Shown: positions 27,216 to 40,330 of the stretch, in pieces | How the letters are laid out: the number at the start of each line of letters is the position of its first letter | Numbering within the stretch: position 1 is the first letter of the stretch | NCBI GenBank assembly: GCA_951406725.2 | Contig: OX597823.1 | Location: 39,308,001-39,372,000, forward strand | Source: Octopus vulgaris | Taxonomy: Eukaryota | Length of the DNA: 64,000 bases | Direction of reading: 5' to 3' | Made by a program: the position numbers and the translations under genes | The notes under the pieces: model-generated | Databases searched by the model: none | Seen by the model: the letters and a program-made list of their open reading frames with translations, nothing else | What the model was told of the DNA's origin: nothing

Positions 27216-29255
27216 CAGGTATATATTATTTAATAAAAGACCATAGGTTGCAGTACACATTTTCTGCAAGCAAATACAGAGGAATATTTTCCCCAAGAAA
27301 ATATGTGTCATATTGTCATTTAAATACCAAGAATAGTGTGTGGGGTGTTGTTGATATACTGATTTGTTAAAATTAGTCTTAAAAATAATTTATTGGGAAC
27401 CATTAATGTGGGGATGTCTTTGTTGCTTTGTTTGCATATTTCATTGATTGAAGTTCCGGTATCATTTAACTATCTCCCCCATAACCTAATGTAGTACAAC
27501 CAAGAACTCTGAAACAGATGTGATAGTTTCTATATTTGTGCAATAAGGAAAAATTCATACAATAGAATTGAAATTTATTCCCATCAATACCATATGGTGG
27601 TTATTTGTGTCAAAGAGAATGCCACTATGTAGTTGTCTGACTTACAGAGAATAGGAGTCAAATGCCCCCATCCCAATCCCACACAGAGTCATCTTCAAAA
27701 AGGCGCACTGTATTATGTAGACACTAGGATAACAAAAAGTCATATATTATTGTCAGTTATCCAACAACTTGATCAATATTTACAATAAATCTGATGCTAA
27801 CTTATAATTCTATAAAGTTTTAACCTAAAGATGTTGTCACTAATCTCAGCATAGATCAAAGAGTGGAATGTGTAACAATACACACCATACATTACACTGA
27901 AAGATCACTAGCTAATTTATCTAGTAAGCTTAAATGTAGGTCAATTAACCCTGCTAAATCTGAGATAGATATAATTAGCGAGGATAACAGAGATTCAATG
28001 ATACTTAAGACAAAAATATGTAACTTATTTTTCCATTATGGAACAACAGTATTAACAAACATTTTAAAATGCACAGAATTTGATATTGGATTCCAGCCTC
28101 TTATATATATATATGCTCCTTCCTTTCAAGACTGAACTTAAACCAACAACATATTTGTTGGTTTTATTTTTATGTTTGGAGACATTAGAGTCTGTTGAAT
28201 ATAACATTTTATCTTTGAAGCTAGTATTACAAAGTGCCATGTTATATAATGAGAAGGCCTGATGAATGTGGTCTCAGCTGAAGAGAAAAGTGATATGCAT
28301 TTACCAATGTTAGGTGCTAAATTTCTTTGAGGAGTAGGAGGGGTAGAATTATTATTTACATAAAATAGCCTTTCATGGGATTTGTGATAAGGGTAGGATT
28401 TATTAGTCATTAATAAAGTTAAAGTGGCAGCCAAAATATTTAACAAGTTTAAAGGTTGGTGTCTATATGGGATCCTATGGAAGACCAAGTCTCATTGCTT
28501 TTGTTAAAGTCTAGGAAATCTTATCAAAATCAAAACAAAAAGACAGAAAGAAATAGAGACAAAGAAACAACAGAACTATTTTATATGCACGATGATCACA
28601 ATCACCTGAAGATTGGCAATGAGAGATACACACAGAGTAATGATTTGTGAAGTTTCAACTTCAATAAAATACATATATGTATGCATGTGTGTATGTGTGT
28701 GTGTGTGTGTGTGTGTATGCATATACATATGTATATACACACAGACAGGCACACACATATACATGCATATTTATATAAATATGTACATAAATATACATAT
28801 ACACAAGCACATTCATGCATATACATAGATGTATGCAATGAGATGAGTATTTATACTTGTATGTATGCACAAGTATTGACTTCATTAAAAAAAAGAAAAA
28901 AATCATGAAGGGATGGTAACCACACAGAGATTGTGTTCTATGGACATTGAACTAGGAAAACTGTAATCATATCAATATTGAAGTTTTGATCACACATTGG
29001 TCATAAAATAGGTACAATGGTTTATGAACAAAAATAACACGGTAAGAATAGATTACAGATATCTGAGTGACATAATTACTTCTCTCTCTCTATCTATCTA
29101 TCTACATAGATAGACAGACAGATAGGTATACACATGTGCTCATATTAAAAATGAAAACTGTATATATACACACATATATATATATATATGTATACGCCAT
29201 GATAGATCGTTAGCCACTACACACATTTTTTTCCCTCCTTGTTTTTATTGTGTCC

Positions 29256-29291
29256 CTTTCTGTAGAAGAGCATAGGCTCGAAACGTAAAAG
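29256..29291 (+). ncRNA. Minimal hammerhead-like motif in a short element (about 29195-29355)
   Basis: CTTT-CTGTAGA-A-GAGC ATAG GCTC-GAAAC-GTA-AAAG; the element is flanked by (TA)n on both sides. Confidence 0.6.
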
Positions 29292-30044
29292 ACTTTTTCT
29301 ATTCCTGAGCGTTATACTAATACATCTGTTTGCTTTTTTCGTAAACTCTCCTCATATATATATATATACACTCAACATTTACAGAAGGGTACCCATATAC
29401 GAGTTGTTTGAATAATGCATAAGCTGGAATTTGATCAATAAACCACAAGCAGACTATGCATCATGTAAATGGCTGGGAACCCATAGTTTAGTGAATTTAA
29501 ATTTGAACAAAAAACCACTAGTTGACTATGAATGAATAAGTGGCTGGAAAAGTGTGTATAAAGTAGTTCATTAATGTCTATCTATGCATTTCATGCAACT
29601 TGCAAATCTTCCTATTTTCTAATGAAAATATTAAGACTTCCCATATTTTTTGCTAAAACCCTGATTGTAGATCAACAAAAAGTAATTCAAAAGGAAATAC
29701 ACACACACATATATGTATTTACTATTGATGGATGGACAAATAATATTTTATTTCATACCATTATGTGGTCACTGAATGTGGTTTGGATTGGATTACCTTA
29801 TTTATATGTACTTCAATTCATCAAGTTATGAACAAGATTCCAGAATGAAATATGTTCATACAGAGCCTCTACTGTACATATATAAAACTATAAATAAGAG
29901 TACATTTCAGCTACGCAGATGATTAACTGAAACTTTTGCACCTAAAGAAAGTTATCAATACCTCATGCATGTCTGTCTGTCTATCAATCTATCTATCTGC
30001 CTATCTGTCTGTCTATATATCTATCTATGTATATATATATATAT

Positions 30045-30160
30045 AAAGGGAAAGTTTACGAAAATAAACAAAAGACGAAGGCAGGTGGAGTACAAACAAA
30101 CAAATGTATTAGTATAGCGCTCAGGAATAGAAAAAGTCTTTTACGTTTCAAGCCTACGCT
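30045..30160 (-). mobile_element. 5'-truncated copy of the hammerhead-bearing element
   Basis: Near-identical to 31866-31980 but truncated within stem II; embedded in (TA)n. Confidence 0.75.
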
Positions 30161-31078
30161 ATATATACACATATCTATATAAATAAATACACATATTTAA
30201 ACACACACATATACATACATACTTGCATACCTCTCCCACTAACAAACTATTGGTTTCCTTTGTGAAATGTTTTGTGAAAATATTTATGGAAATATCTTCT
30301 TCATTTCAACAAAAAAATTATAAATAAATATTTCAATGATAATTTCAGAAAATTTTTTTCCTGCTTTACAGTAGAATAACAAACTCATACATTTTGTACA
30401 GTTTGGCCTTTGTTTCCAGTTAGGGTAAATATAAATGTATATATATATGTTTTATGACTGTTTCCTTGGGAAGCTCAATAGAACTAGCATTCATTATATT
30501 TATCCATTTGAGTGACATTGTGTTTTTAAATACAATCTGTATTGCTGAGTCGTTGAAAATATAGCAAAACATTTAGTTTTGAATGAGGTGGTGGACACTG
30601 ATGGTGTCATGTGATATCAGTTTCATTCTTTTGCCCTGTCACGCGTCCCACCTGATGTTAGGGTATTTTTTTTTTTTCGTTTACAACACTCTCTGCTGAC
30701 GTATATCTCTCCCTTTGCTCAACAATTGGAAGAGATTTGTCCATTATTTCTATAAGAGAATAGTCTCTATTATTTTGCAGCTAATTCACTGACTGTAATT
30801 CTATAAAGAATTTCTTTCATTTTTTTTGCCGTATGATATGCATATGTGTGTCAACAAACTGTGTACGGTTGGCGCCTGTCTTTAAATATATGTTGTCAAA
30901 TGCCTGCCAAAATTCATTTGTGTGTGTGCCTATATATAGGTGTGTGTGTATAGGTTTGTGTGTATGAGTGTGTGAATATATATAATGTATGTCTATATGT
31001 TATGTGAATATATATATATATTATGTATTTTGTATAGATGTATATATGTATGTGTGTGTATATATATATATATATATA

Positions 31079-31123
31079 CCAGCAATGAAAATGCATGTTA
31101 AATGATGACGAGGATGATTATAT

Positions 31124-31162
<39 letters not shown>

Positions 31163-31205
31163 AGCAATGAAAATGCATGTTAAATGATGACGAGGATGAT
31201 TATAT

Positions 31206-31236
<31 letters not shown>

Positions 31237-31280
31237 CCAGAATGAAAATGCATGTTAAATGATGACGAGGATGATTATAT

Positions 31281-31313
<33 letters not shown>

Positions 31314-31431
31314 CCAGCAATGAAAATGCATGTTAAATGATGACGAGGATGATTATATTATATTTATATATATATATATATATATACCAGCAATGAAAAT
31401 GCATGTTAAATGATGACGAGGATGATTATAT

Positions 31432-31462
<31 letters not shown>
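31079..31462 (+). repeat. Five-copy minisatellite: constant ~50-bp unit plus variable (TA)n
   Basis: CCAGCAATGAAAATGCATGTTAAATGATGACGAGGATGATTATATTATATT(AT)n repeated five times. Confidence 0.95.
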
Positions 31463-31470
<8 letters not shown>

Positions 31471-31714
31471 TATAAATGACAGAGAAATATTATGATGAAA
31501 ATTTATTGAACAATAAGAAAATTCAAATAAGACAACGAATTGTTTCATAACATAAACCATGTAAAGATCATTTATATTATTATAGTTAATAATAAATAAA
31601 TTACTTACATGTCTGCATTAATGCTTTAAGTTACGAAACAATCTATCATGATATTTGAATTTTCTTATAGTTAAATTTTCATCATAATATTTCTCTGTCA
31701 CTTATAACTTTATA
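31463..31714. repeat. ~250-bp foldback with ~90-bp arms
   Basis: TATAAAGTTATAAATGACAGAGAAATATTATGATGAAAATTTA... pairs with ...TAAATTTTCATCATAATATTTCTCTGTCACTTATAACTTTATA. Confidence 0.9.
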
Positions 31715-31832
31715 CACTCATTGTTTTCTCTTGTATTGTACCATTAATTCTATATGAATTGTAGAATGATATATTAAGGAGCTTTTTTTATGAATACTAC
31801 TGGATTACTTGAATCCATATATTGTGACTTAA

Positions 31833-31868
<36 letters not shown>

Positions 31869-31955
31869 GAAAGTTTACGAAAATAAACAAAAGACGAAGG
31901 CAGGTGGAGTACAAACAAACAAATGTATTAGTATAGCACTCAGGAATAGAAAAAG

Positions 31956-31993
31956 TCTTTTACGTTTCGAGCCTATGCTCTTCAACAGAAAGA
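31956..31993 (-). ncRNA. Minimal hammerhead-like motif in a short element (about 31866-32050)
   Basis: Minus strand TCTTT-CTGTTGA-A-GAGC ATAG GCTC-GAAAC-GTA-AAAGA; the element lies between two (TA)n tracts. Confidence 0.6.
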
Positions 31994-32504
31994 TACACAG
32001 AAAAAAACAAGGAGAGAAACAAGGAGAGAAAAAAATGCATGTAGGAGCTATATATATATATATATATATATGACATTGGCAGTAATCATGTAGTAGGTAA
32101 ATTCATAAACCACAATAGCAAAAGTGCATAGGTTAGTTATTACATGTTGACCTCACAGTCCTAAGTTTGTGAGTTCGATTCTAGACCATGTGGTTTACCA
32201 TGTCCTTGAGCAAGTTACTTCACATTTTGTCTTGTTCCAACCTATTCAACTGAAAAAGAATACCAGCCAAGTACTTGTGCAGCCCGCTTTCTCTCCATGA
32301 GTCACATCCTTGATGTTCCAACCAGATTAAAGGAGCCCCCCCCCCATGTCAGCTCATGACTAGACAGTCCCCTAAAACTATTAGCAAAAGCTTGGTACAT
32401 AGCAGTAGATTATAGTAGTAGCTTACAATTGACAGTTACAGTGCTTTGTTTTGGTTTTTAATTTGGTTACCCAGGCATAGATCTTAGCAGCAGTTTTCTA
32501 TGCC

Positions 32505-32775
32505 AGTGAGATATGGAAGAGCACCATAAAAAAATCAACAGAAAGCTACATATGTTCTACCAGATGCTCGAGAAGGATTATGAGAACATACCCTGTAACC
32601 GCTGAAAACGTTCCTAAGACCACTTGGTGAAAACATCACAGAATAAAGATAGACACCAAACAGGACCAGCTACCAGAACATGATAATTTTAAAGCAGCTT
32701 TTAAATGGACACCACTGGGGTGAAAAAGAAAGAGGAAAACTGAAAAGTACATGGCAGAGGACACTGATAGCCAAT
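32505..32775 (+). pseudogene. RTE-clade LINE ORF C-terminal remnant
   Basis: Frameshifted peptides EIWKSTI / INRKLHMFYQ / RCSRRIMRT / AAFKWTPLG*KRKR / KSTWQRTL resemble the RTE 'ETW..CLRRIL..WTP.GKR.RGRPK.TWRR' region. Confidence 0.65.
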
Positions 32776-33174
32776 ATGAGAGAGGTGGATATTGCATGAC
32801 CAGATATAGAGAAAATTACCCGCCAACAGAAACCAGTGGCGTCAATTTGCTGCCTAATGTGTTTGGTAACACAGAAAGAACTGATACTGACACTCAAGTA
32901 ACAAGCTTCTATCCTGTAAACGTAATAATTTTCAGTATATCTTTTTATCTGAAATCCTGGCAAGTGTCCTATGTCACACTAACTGTGTCAGCAACGACAC
33001 ACACACACACACACACACACATATATGTGCATGAGCACGCACACGTTTTTCAAAAAAATATATAAAATGAAAATCAAACACCTAAAAATTTAATCCAAGC
33101 CTGCAATTTAACACCAATTAATAATAATAATAATAATAATAATAAGGATAATGATAATAATAATAATAATAATG

Positions 33175-33219
<45 letters not shown>

Positions 33220-33405
33220 TAAACTTCGGTTCATTTTACTATTTAACTGAGAAAGTAAACACTCCAGCAACTGATACATATCTAAATGTCTATATGTGTG
33301 TGTGTACACACACCTTATAGTACACACACACACACTAATAGTCATAGAATAGTTATTTGATATACAATAAAAGCCATTACATACACACACAAACGCGCAC
33401 ACACT

Positions 33406-33436
<31 letters not shown>

Positions 33437-36374
33437 TTATATACACACATGATTGTATGGCATTTTATTCTATTGTTCAGAATGAAACTTCTGTTCTTGT
33501 TTCTCCTTTCACGCATGCATGATTTAAACGCGTTTGGAAAGTGACTTCATCTGAAACCGGATGTGAAACTGAAACTTATTAACACCAGGTTAAAACTGAT
33601 TCAACATTTTTAAAAACAAATGCTGTTTATCACAGAGTGTCTCAGTGTTTCATCACACTTCTGAGACCTGGACACTGCCAAGTCCACAAAATCTTGTTGG
33701 TTAAATGACTCTTCAACGATATAACTGTGCAGTCGCATATGTATGAATGTGTGTTTTGGTGGGTGCAATCCAAACCAATGTTTTTGCATATAACCATTGT
33801 CACGTGTTCAGCTACTAGCCCATACTTTGCTGATTGTCCGGCTGAGAAAAGCAAATTGTCAAAAGTATTGGTTTCGAACTTTGGCAGAAAGCCAGCAGGT
33901 TTGGATGAGGAGTAAGTCAATTACAACAATTCCAGTATTCAACTGGTACTTATTTTATCGACTCCAAAAAAAAAAAAAAAAAATAGAATTTGAACTCAGA
34001 ACACGAAGATATGAAATGCCATCAAGCTTTTTGGCTGGTTTGCTAATGGCTCTGCCAATTTACCACTCTCCTTACAAATAAATATTCAAAGAAGTTTAAT
34101 GAAAATATTTTCATTGATAAATAACAATAAAAATTCAGTTCTATTAAACTTATATATTTGGAATATTTAATGTGAAATACATGTTTGGTGAGCACTAGTT
34201 AGTATTTGGCTGGAAATTAATGAGTTTTAGCCTTAAATTACCTATGCTCTTCCAGATACAGTTCACTAATAATCCAACTGCTCAAAATTGTTTCAGGTGT
34301 TTATCGACTCCTTTGGATAGCTGTATAGAATTCCAAGGGAACAATACTGACTACTTTGCTGTACCCCTGCTCTGGACAATGACTTTGATGATATTTGAAC
34401 TCAAAATTCAAAGGGCAGGCATTAAATAATGTAACCTTACTCTATTCTATCCATTTGCCACCCTGAAATGCCCCAGTAATGTGGCTCTTTTCATAATAGT
34501 GTCAGCGAAAGCAGTGTAGGAGCAAAATATGTAGAATTGTGTAAAACATTCCCTGTAGTATCTAGAAATGTCCCTTAACATTCTGAAGTCAACCTTACAT
34601 TTACTTCACCCTTCCAGGGATAATAAAATTAAATATCAGTCAATCACTGCTGAATGAATATAATAGACAGAGGACTTCTCCAAAAAGGTGTGGTTTTGAA
34701 AATCTGTTAGAAATTAGTATGGGTGCTGCACAAAGTCAGCGATTTTTGAGTGGAAAGGATTGATAATATCCATCTCAACACGTAACTGGTACTTTATATC
34801 TTAACGACCCAGAAAGGATGACAGGCAAAGTTAACTTCTGCGGGATTTGAGCTCTGAACGTAAATGAGTTCAAATGTTGTCGAGGTTGACTTTACAGTTC
34901 GACCTTTCAGAGTCAATAAAATAAATACTAGTTGAGCAATGTCGATGTAATCGACTTACCCTCCCCCCACCCCGAAATTGCTGGCCTTGTGTCAAAATTT
35001 GAAACCAATAATAAACATGTCAGGAAGATTCAAAAATAGTATAAAACAACGTGATACGGGAAGTGAGGAAAGATATTGTGTTAAAATGTAATTATGTAAG
35101 ATAAACTTGTCTTCCACTCACTCATTTTCCATTATATATATGTCTCTCTCTCTCCCTCTCTCTCTCTGTATACATGTTTATGAATGTGTCTCTGCGTGGA
35201 TATATATGTATAGGTACGTGTGTGTGTACACGCACACACACAATTTATTTCATGAGAAATAAATTTGAAAAAAAAAAGAAAATGCAGCGAGGTATTTAGA
35301 ACCGTAAGGAAGATTGCGTAATACGGAAACGTTAATCATTCAGGAAATGGTTTCTTCCTGTCCAGCCACTAGGCAAAATATACTAGTGTCCTGATATTTA
35401 TCCGGTCATTCTAACCAATTTTAACAAGCTTTGTTTGAACATTTAAGAAGTACCCGATATCTTGAGGCTTTCATCCGAGGTTTAGGCTGAAGATTGAAGA
35501 AGAATTAAAAAAATAGTCTTCTGCTTTGACATTTTGTTGATATTATGAATACTTTTTGACAGAACAGACGGAACAGTTTGCTAAATGAATTCAGCAGATA
35601 ACCATGGTACATCTCATACAAGTGGGTAGGTGTTCAAATATGACACGAGTTGACAGAATCGTGGACATGGGGCTGTGTACAAGAAGGATGGATACGTGCA
35701 AATCTAGTACAGAACCGTGTGAACATATATAAAGCAAATACGGGGCAATGGATCAGGGGAAAACAGACGGGTTCGTGGATGAGTGCGAGCAAAATGGGGA
35801 ATTGGAAACTAGAGTAATGAAGAGAGAGAGATCGATCTGAGGATCACTATAAGCGGGGTGGGGTAGGGGGGCTGTGGATCGGTGTATGAAGGACGATTCA
35901 TCCAGAAAATGCTATCAGTGATAGGAAAATGCAATATTTACTTAGTAGAGATAAGAACTATAAGCACTACCTAAGAAGTATCCCTGGTGGCTTATGTGCG
36001 ATCAGTGCCAATAAAAATTGTATAATTCCTCTACAAAGCGCTTTTAATACAGTAATTACGAGCGCTTCGAAACACGCATCCGATAACAGTATCAACAACA
36101 GCAACAATATCACAGATTGGCACAAAGCCATACACAGGCAGAAGGAGCGGCAGAGCCGACTGAATCAACTCAATACATATCGGGTACTTTATTTTATCGA
36201 CGTCGGTGGGATTCGAACCAAGGACACCGACGAGCAAAACTGCATTTAATCCAAACCCTTAAACGATTAGGGTTTTTTGGCACAAGACCACTAATCTGTA
36301 GGAAAGTGAGATAAAGTCGACCGAAGCGACCCGGTACAGCTTGGTACATATTAGTATTTTATCAACCTCGCTGT

Positions 36375-36747
36375 TACTCTTTACTCTTTTACTTGTTTCA
36401 GTCATTTGACTGCGGCCATGCTGGAGCACCGCCTTTAGTCGAGCAAATCGACCCCGGGACTTATTCTTTGTAAGCCCAGTACTTATGCTAAGTGACGGGG
36501 ACGTAAACACACCAGCATCGGTTGTCAAGCAATGCTAGGGGGACAAACACAGACACACACACTTATATATATATACATATATACGACGGGCTTCTTTCAG
36601 TTTCCGTCTACCAAATCCACTCACAAGGCATTGGTCAGCCCGGGGCTATAGCAGAAGACACTTGCCCAAGATGCCACGCAGTGGGACTGAACCCGGAACC
36701 ATGTGGTTGGTAAGCAAGCTACTTACCACACAGCCACTCCTACGCCT
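36375..36747 (-). mobile_element. SINE family A copy
   Basis: High identity to 9285-9713, with a ~25-bp internal deletion. Confidence 0.9.
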
Positions 36748-37174
36748 AGTTTAGTTTCAACTAAAAACCTGATCGAATAGACGGATGATCAAGGACATTC
36801 CCTCCATGATCGTCTCGCCGTTATGACGCGCGCGCGTGCGTGTGTGTGTGTATGTCTGTCTGTCTGTCTACACAAACTTATCACTGGTTATATAAATTCA
36901 CAATTCGTTGATCTGTAACTAGTTTTTTAAGTACGAACGAACGAAACTCTCACCCCTGAGTCACTCTGTTTCTTCTGCTAAATATTAATAAAAATATATA
37001 CATATACTCATGTTGTGAGTTCCATTTTTCCATATAGGATCACCAAACTAGTGTGTATATATAAATATAGACAGCAGTTTGCAATGTGACTAGGGTGTTA
37101 GAAACCCCTACATTGCTAGAAATAAGAGCTAAAATGCTCTAATGCTGTAGTCAAAGCACATAATTGTGTACATA

Positions 37175-37561
37175 TGATGGAAGCACTCCGTCGGTTACGA
37201 CGACGAGGGTTCCGGTTGATCCGAATCAACGGAGCAGCCTGCTAGTGAAATTAACGTGTAAGTGGCTGAGCACTCCACAGACACGTGTACCCTTAACGTA
37301 GTTCTCGGGGATATTCAGCGTGACACAGAGAGTGACAAGGCCGGCCCTTTGAAATACAGGTACAACAGAAACAGGAAGTAAGAGTGAGAGAAAGTTGTGG
37401 TGAAAGAGTACAGCAGGGATCACCACCATCCCCTGCCGGAGCCTCGTGGAGCTTTAGGTGTTTTCGCTCAATAAACACTCACAACGCCCGGTCTGGGAAT
37501 CGAAACCGCGATCATATGACCGCGAGTCCGCTGCCCTAACCACTGGGCCATTGCGCCTCCA
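37175..37561 (-). mobile_element. tRNA(Arg-like)-derived SINE family C
   Basis: Head GGAGGCGCAATGGCCCAGTGGTTAGGGCAGCGGACTCGCGGTC...GGTTTCGATTCCC (A/B boxes). Body fragments recur at about 25040-25130 and 56010-56135. Confidence 0.8.
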
Positions 37562-37821
37562 CGATTGTGTACATATACACTGACAGGGACTATAATCGTC
37601 CGATACACACACACACACAGAACATTTTTTTTTTATCTAGACACAACTTATTAATTAATTAGTCGTGACTTTTTTTTTAATTGCAGCAAATGTAATTAAT
37701 GTGTAAAAACAGTAATGTCTCGCCATACCGCGGTTCATTATTTACACTTACGTCGATTCCTCAGTGGTGTTGTTTTGCATTATTTATAATAACAATAAAT
37801 ATATACAAAGTATCCATTCTG

Positions 37822-38172
37822 CTAAAGGCACAAGGCCTGAAATTCTGGAGGAAGGGGACCAGTCGATTACATCGACCCCCCCCCCGTGTTTCACTGGTAC
37901 TTAAATTTATTGACACCGAAAGGATGAAAGGCAAAGTCGCTCCGACGGCAGTTGAATTCAGAACGTAAAGACGGACAAAATACCTATTTCTTTATTGCCC
38001 ACAAGGGGCTAAACATAGAGGGGAACAAACAAGTACAGTCAAAGGGACTAAGTCGATTACATTGACCCCAGTACGTAACTGGTACTTATTTAATCGACCC
38101 CGAAAGGATGAAAGGCAAAATCGACCTCGGCGGAATTTGAACTCAGAATGTAGCGGCAGACGAAATACCGTT
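37822..38172 (-). mobile_element. Two adjacent SINE family B copies
   Basis: The GAAAGGATGAAAGGCAAA core is present twice, with different tails. Confidence 0.85.
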
Positions 38173-38207
38173 AAGTATATATATATATATATATATTTAT
38201 ATCTACA

Positions 38208-38296
38208 CAGTACAGTACTGTTTCTACTTCGCGGATTTTCATCTATCGCGGGGCGGGGTTGGAACATAAAACTCGCGATAGTCAAGGGATTACAGC
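38208..38296. mobile_element. pogo/Tigger-like MITE fragment
   Basis: Right end CTCGCGATAGTCAAGGGATTACAG resembles a CAGTAATCCCTCGACTATCGCG-type TIR; internal CTATCGCGG and CTTCGCGG repeats. Confidence 0.5.
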
Positions 38297-38858
38297 AGTT
38301 AAAGAACAGCAATAATCGCCACCCCCAAAAAATAGAAGTGACATTATGCGTATAATGAATCTTGTGCAAATATCTGCAACAGTGTGTGTATAAATTCGTG
38401 TTTGTTTTGCACGCGTCTTCACTGGTATATATATAGATGTTTGTGTGTGTATGTGCGACAGGTATGTATATGTGCAATTCTCATGAAAAGTTACCTGACT
38501 ACTCACACACACACACAGTTTGTGAGCATTATTATTGCTGTTTGTTTTGTTTGTCTCTGAGAAGACACACGGCTTTTTATTTAGGATTTGTCTGCAAATT
38601 GAATACTTAATTAAGATAGATACGTTTGTATAGCTCGTCCTTGTCTAACACGTTTGTGGAGCATAAAGTCGGATTGTTCAAGGCTATAGATAATGTCTTT
38701 GATCGGTTTTGGGACAACATAGAATTAAACAACAACGCCTGTAAGCCCATGAGGAATCTTCTTCGTATTTCGCTTGACGTTAGAAATGGCAGCCAAATCA
38801 CATCATACAATATTTGTCGTTTATTCAAAAAAAAAAAAAAAAAAGAAGTACATATTAC

Positions 38859-39258
38859 CACTAGCGTAGTTGGGGGCAACACTTTTAAAGGGGTGGTTCT
38901 TTGGGGTGTGCTGTAGGCAATTTGTTTTTGTGGGGTCCGGGGGCGGCAAACGGAAAGGCCGCCCCAGGCGCGAAACTTTTTTCCCACGAGAGTTCCGGAC
39001 CCCAGTAATGAACTCATTTGCATACAACTAACCAGAGCTCACCTTGAAAATATACATACTGTGTATTATTACTACAGTATAGCCAAGAAATCCTAAAATA
39101 TCAGGCATATAATGGTGTATGCCACTTTGTGAGTACATCATAACAGGTCTCACATAAGCACCACATTTCCCACCTCCACACCATCCTCATACATCAATTG
39201 AGCACCATCTCTATATGGGGCTAACATTAGGTGTGTGCCCCGAGCGGCTACACTAGTG
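38859..39258 (+). mobile_element. Non-autonomous hAT-like element, 400 bp
   Basis: TIRs CACTAGCGTAG / CTACACTAGTG with 8-bp TSD CATATTAC / TATATTAC (7/8 match). A solo right end of the same family lies at about 41800-41846 (CTACGCTAGTG). Confidence 0.8.
38967..39046 (+). promoter_or_regulatory. E2F/octamer/PSE-like module, copy A
   Basis: GGCGCGAAA, TTCCCACG, TTCCGG, ATTTGCAT (39016-39023), TCACCTTGA. Function is inferred only. Confidence 0.45.
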
Positions 39259-39539
39259 TATATTACACTATATGAGAAGAAAAAAAAAACTGACGGGATG
39301 ATCGCGGTTGAAACACATTTGAAAATAAATCTACTACACAGGAGTTGATACGGGGCTAGACAATGACAAGAGAAAATGTACTGACCCATGTTTAACGGCA
39401 CCAAAAGTACGATTTAGGGTTATACCGCACTAATATTAGCTCAGACTTAGAAGAACTTATCTTCTCCGACTGGACATTTTTGGCAAAACACGCCTAGAAG
39501 TCATTAAATGTTCTCTATAAAAGTTTCTTGTAGGCGAAA

Positions 39540-40330
39540 AAGCTCACATTTTCTCTGCCTCTCCCTTCTTTAGTATTTGAAACTAGTATCCTTGCATTTA
39601 CTTCTGCAGCATTTGAAGCATGATTATGGATCTCAATCTTCTTAAGATCTTGATAATTTTCATCTGTATGAAGTCGCTCACCTTGCACACACGATTTTCG
39701 CACCTTCAGTTTATGCACCCCAAAGTAAAACAAAGAACATTGTTTATAAAGAAATATTCACTCCTAATGCAACACGAATACTTCAATAACGTAATTTACC
39801 ATTATTATCATTATATTCAAGAATGAGCAAATTACCTATTTAAATGAACTGTATTATACCATTCCGATTACTGTATTGATAAATAAAATAACACAAACAA
39901 CTCACTTATTATCGTCATATAATAAACAAACACATGTATGAAAGTGGGATAACAGGATGGTTGGAACCAGCTTGCCTCCGACGTCTAATATTCCTATTAA
40001 GCTGTGCAAACGGAGATATTTGCGACAATGTACAGTGGTTTAAATTCTGAACTTCACCAGCGATAATTGGGCATGGGGAATCACTTTACTTTAGTATTTG
40101 AAACTATTATCCTTGTATTTATTTCTGCAGCATTTGAAGCATGATTATGGATCCCAATCTTCTTAAGTTCTTGATAATTTTCACCTGTGTGAAGTCTCTT
40201 ACCTTGCACACACGATTTTCGCACCTCCAGTACTATCTTCAATCCATCTGCATTTTGCTTATCTTGATCGACTACTTTGATTTTTCCTTTCTCTGAAGTT
40301 ATGATCCTGCAGGTAGTCATGTCGATGGGC
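39540..40330 (-). pseudogene. Two duplicated FLYWCH zinc-finger remnants of a MULE-type transposase
   Basis: With frameshifts: IITSEKGKIKVV..KQNADGLKI-YWRCENRVCKVR-LHTGENYQELKKIGIHNHASNAAE (40085-40330) and a second copy at 39560-39715, showing the W-R-C-x4-C...HNH pattern. Confidence 0.8.

Noticed and set aside
31079-31462. CRISPR-like repeat-spacer appearance (also 55001-55165 and 55590-55840)
   Set aside because: The spacers are (TA)n or GA-rich or the units are degenerate; the context is eukaryotic and there are no cas genes.
37490-37561. tRNA genes (also about 46537-46605 and the family A heads)
   Set aside because: They have A/B boxes but no complete cloverleaf, and they continue into repeated SINE bodies.
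39235-39260. Helitron-like CTAGT ends at about 39255 and about 41843
   Set aside because: Better explained as hAT-like TIRs, given the matching left TIR at 38859 and the 8-bp TSD.
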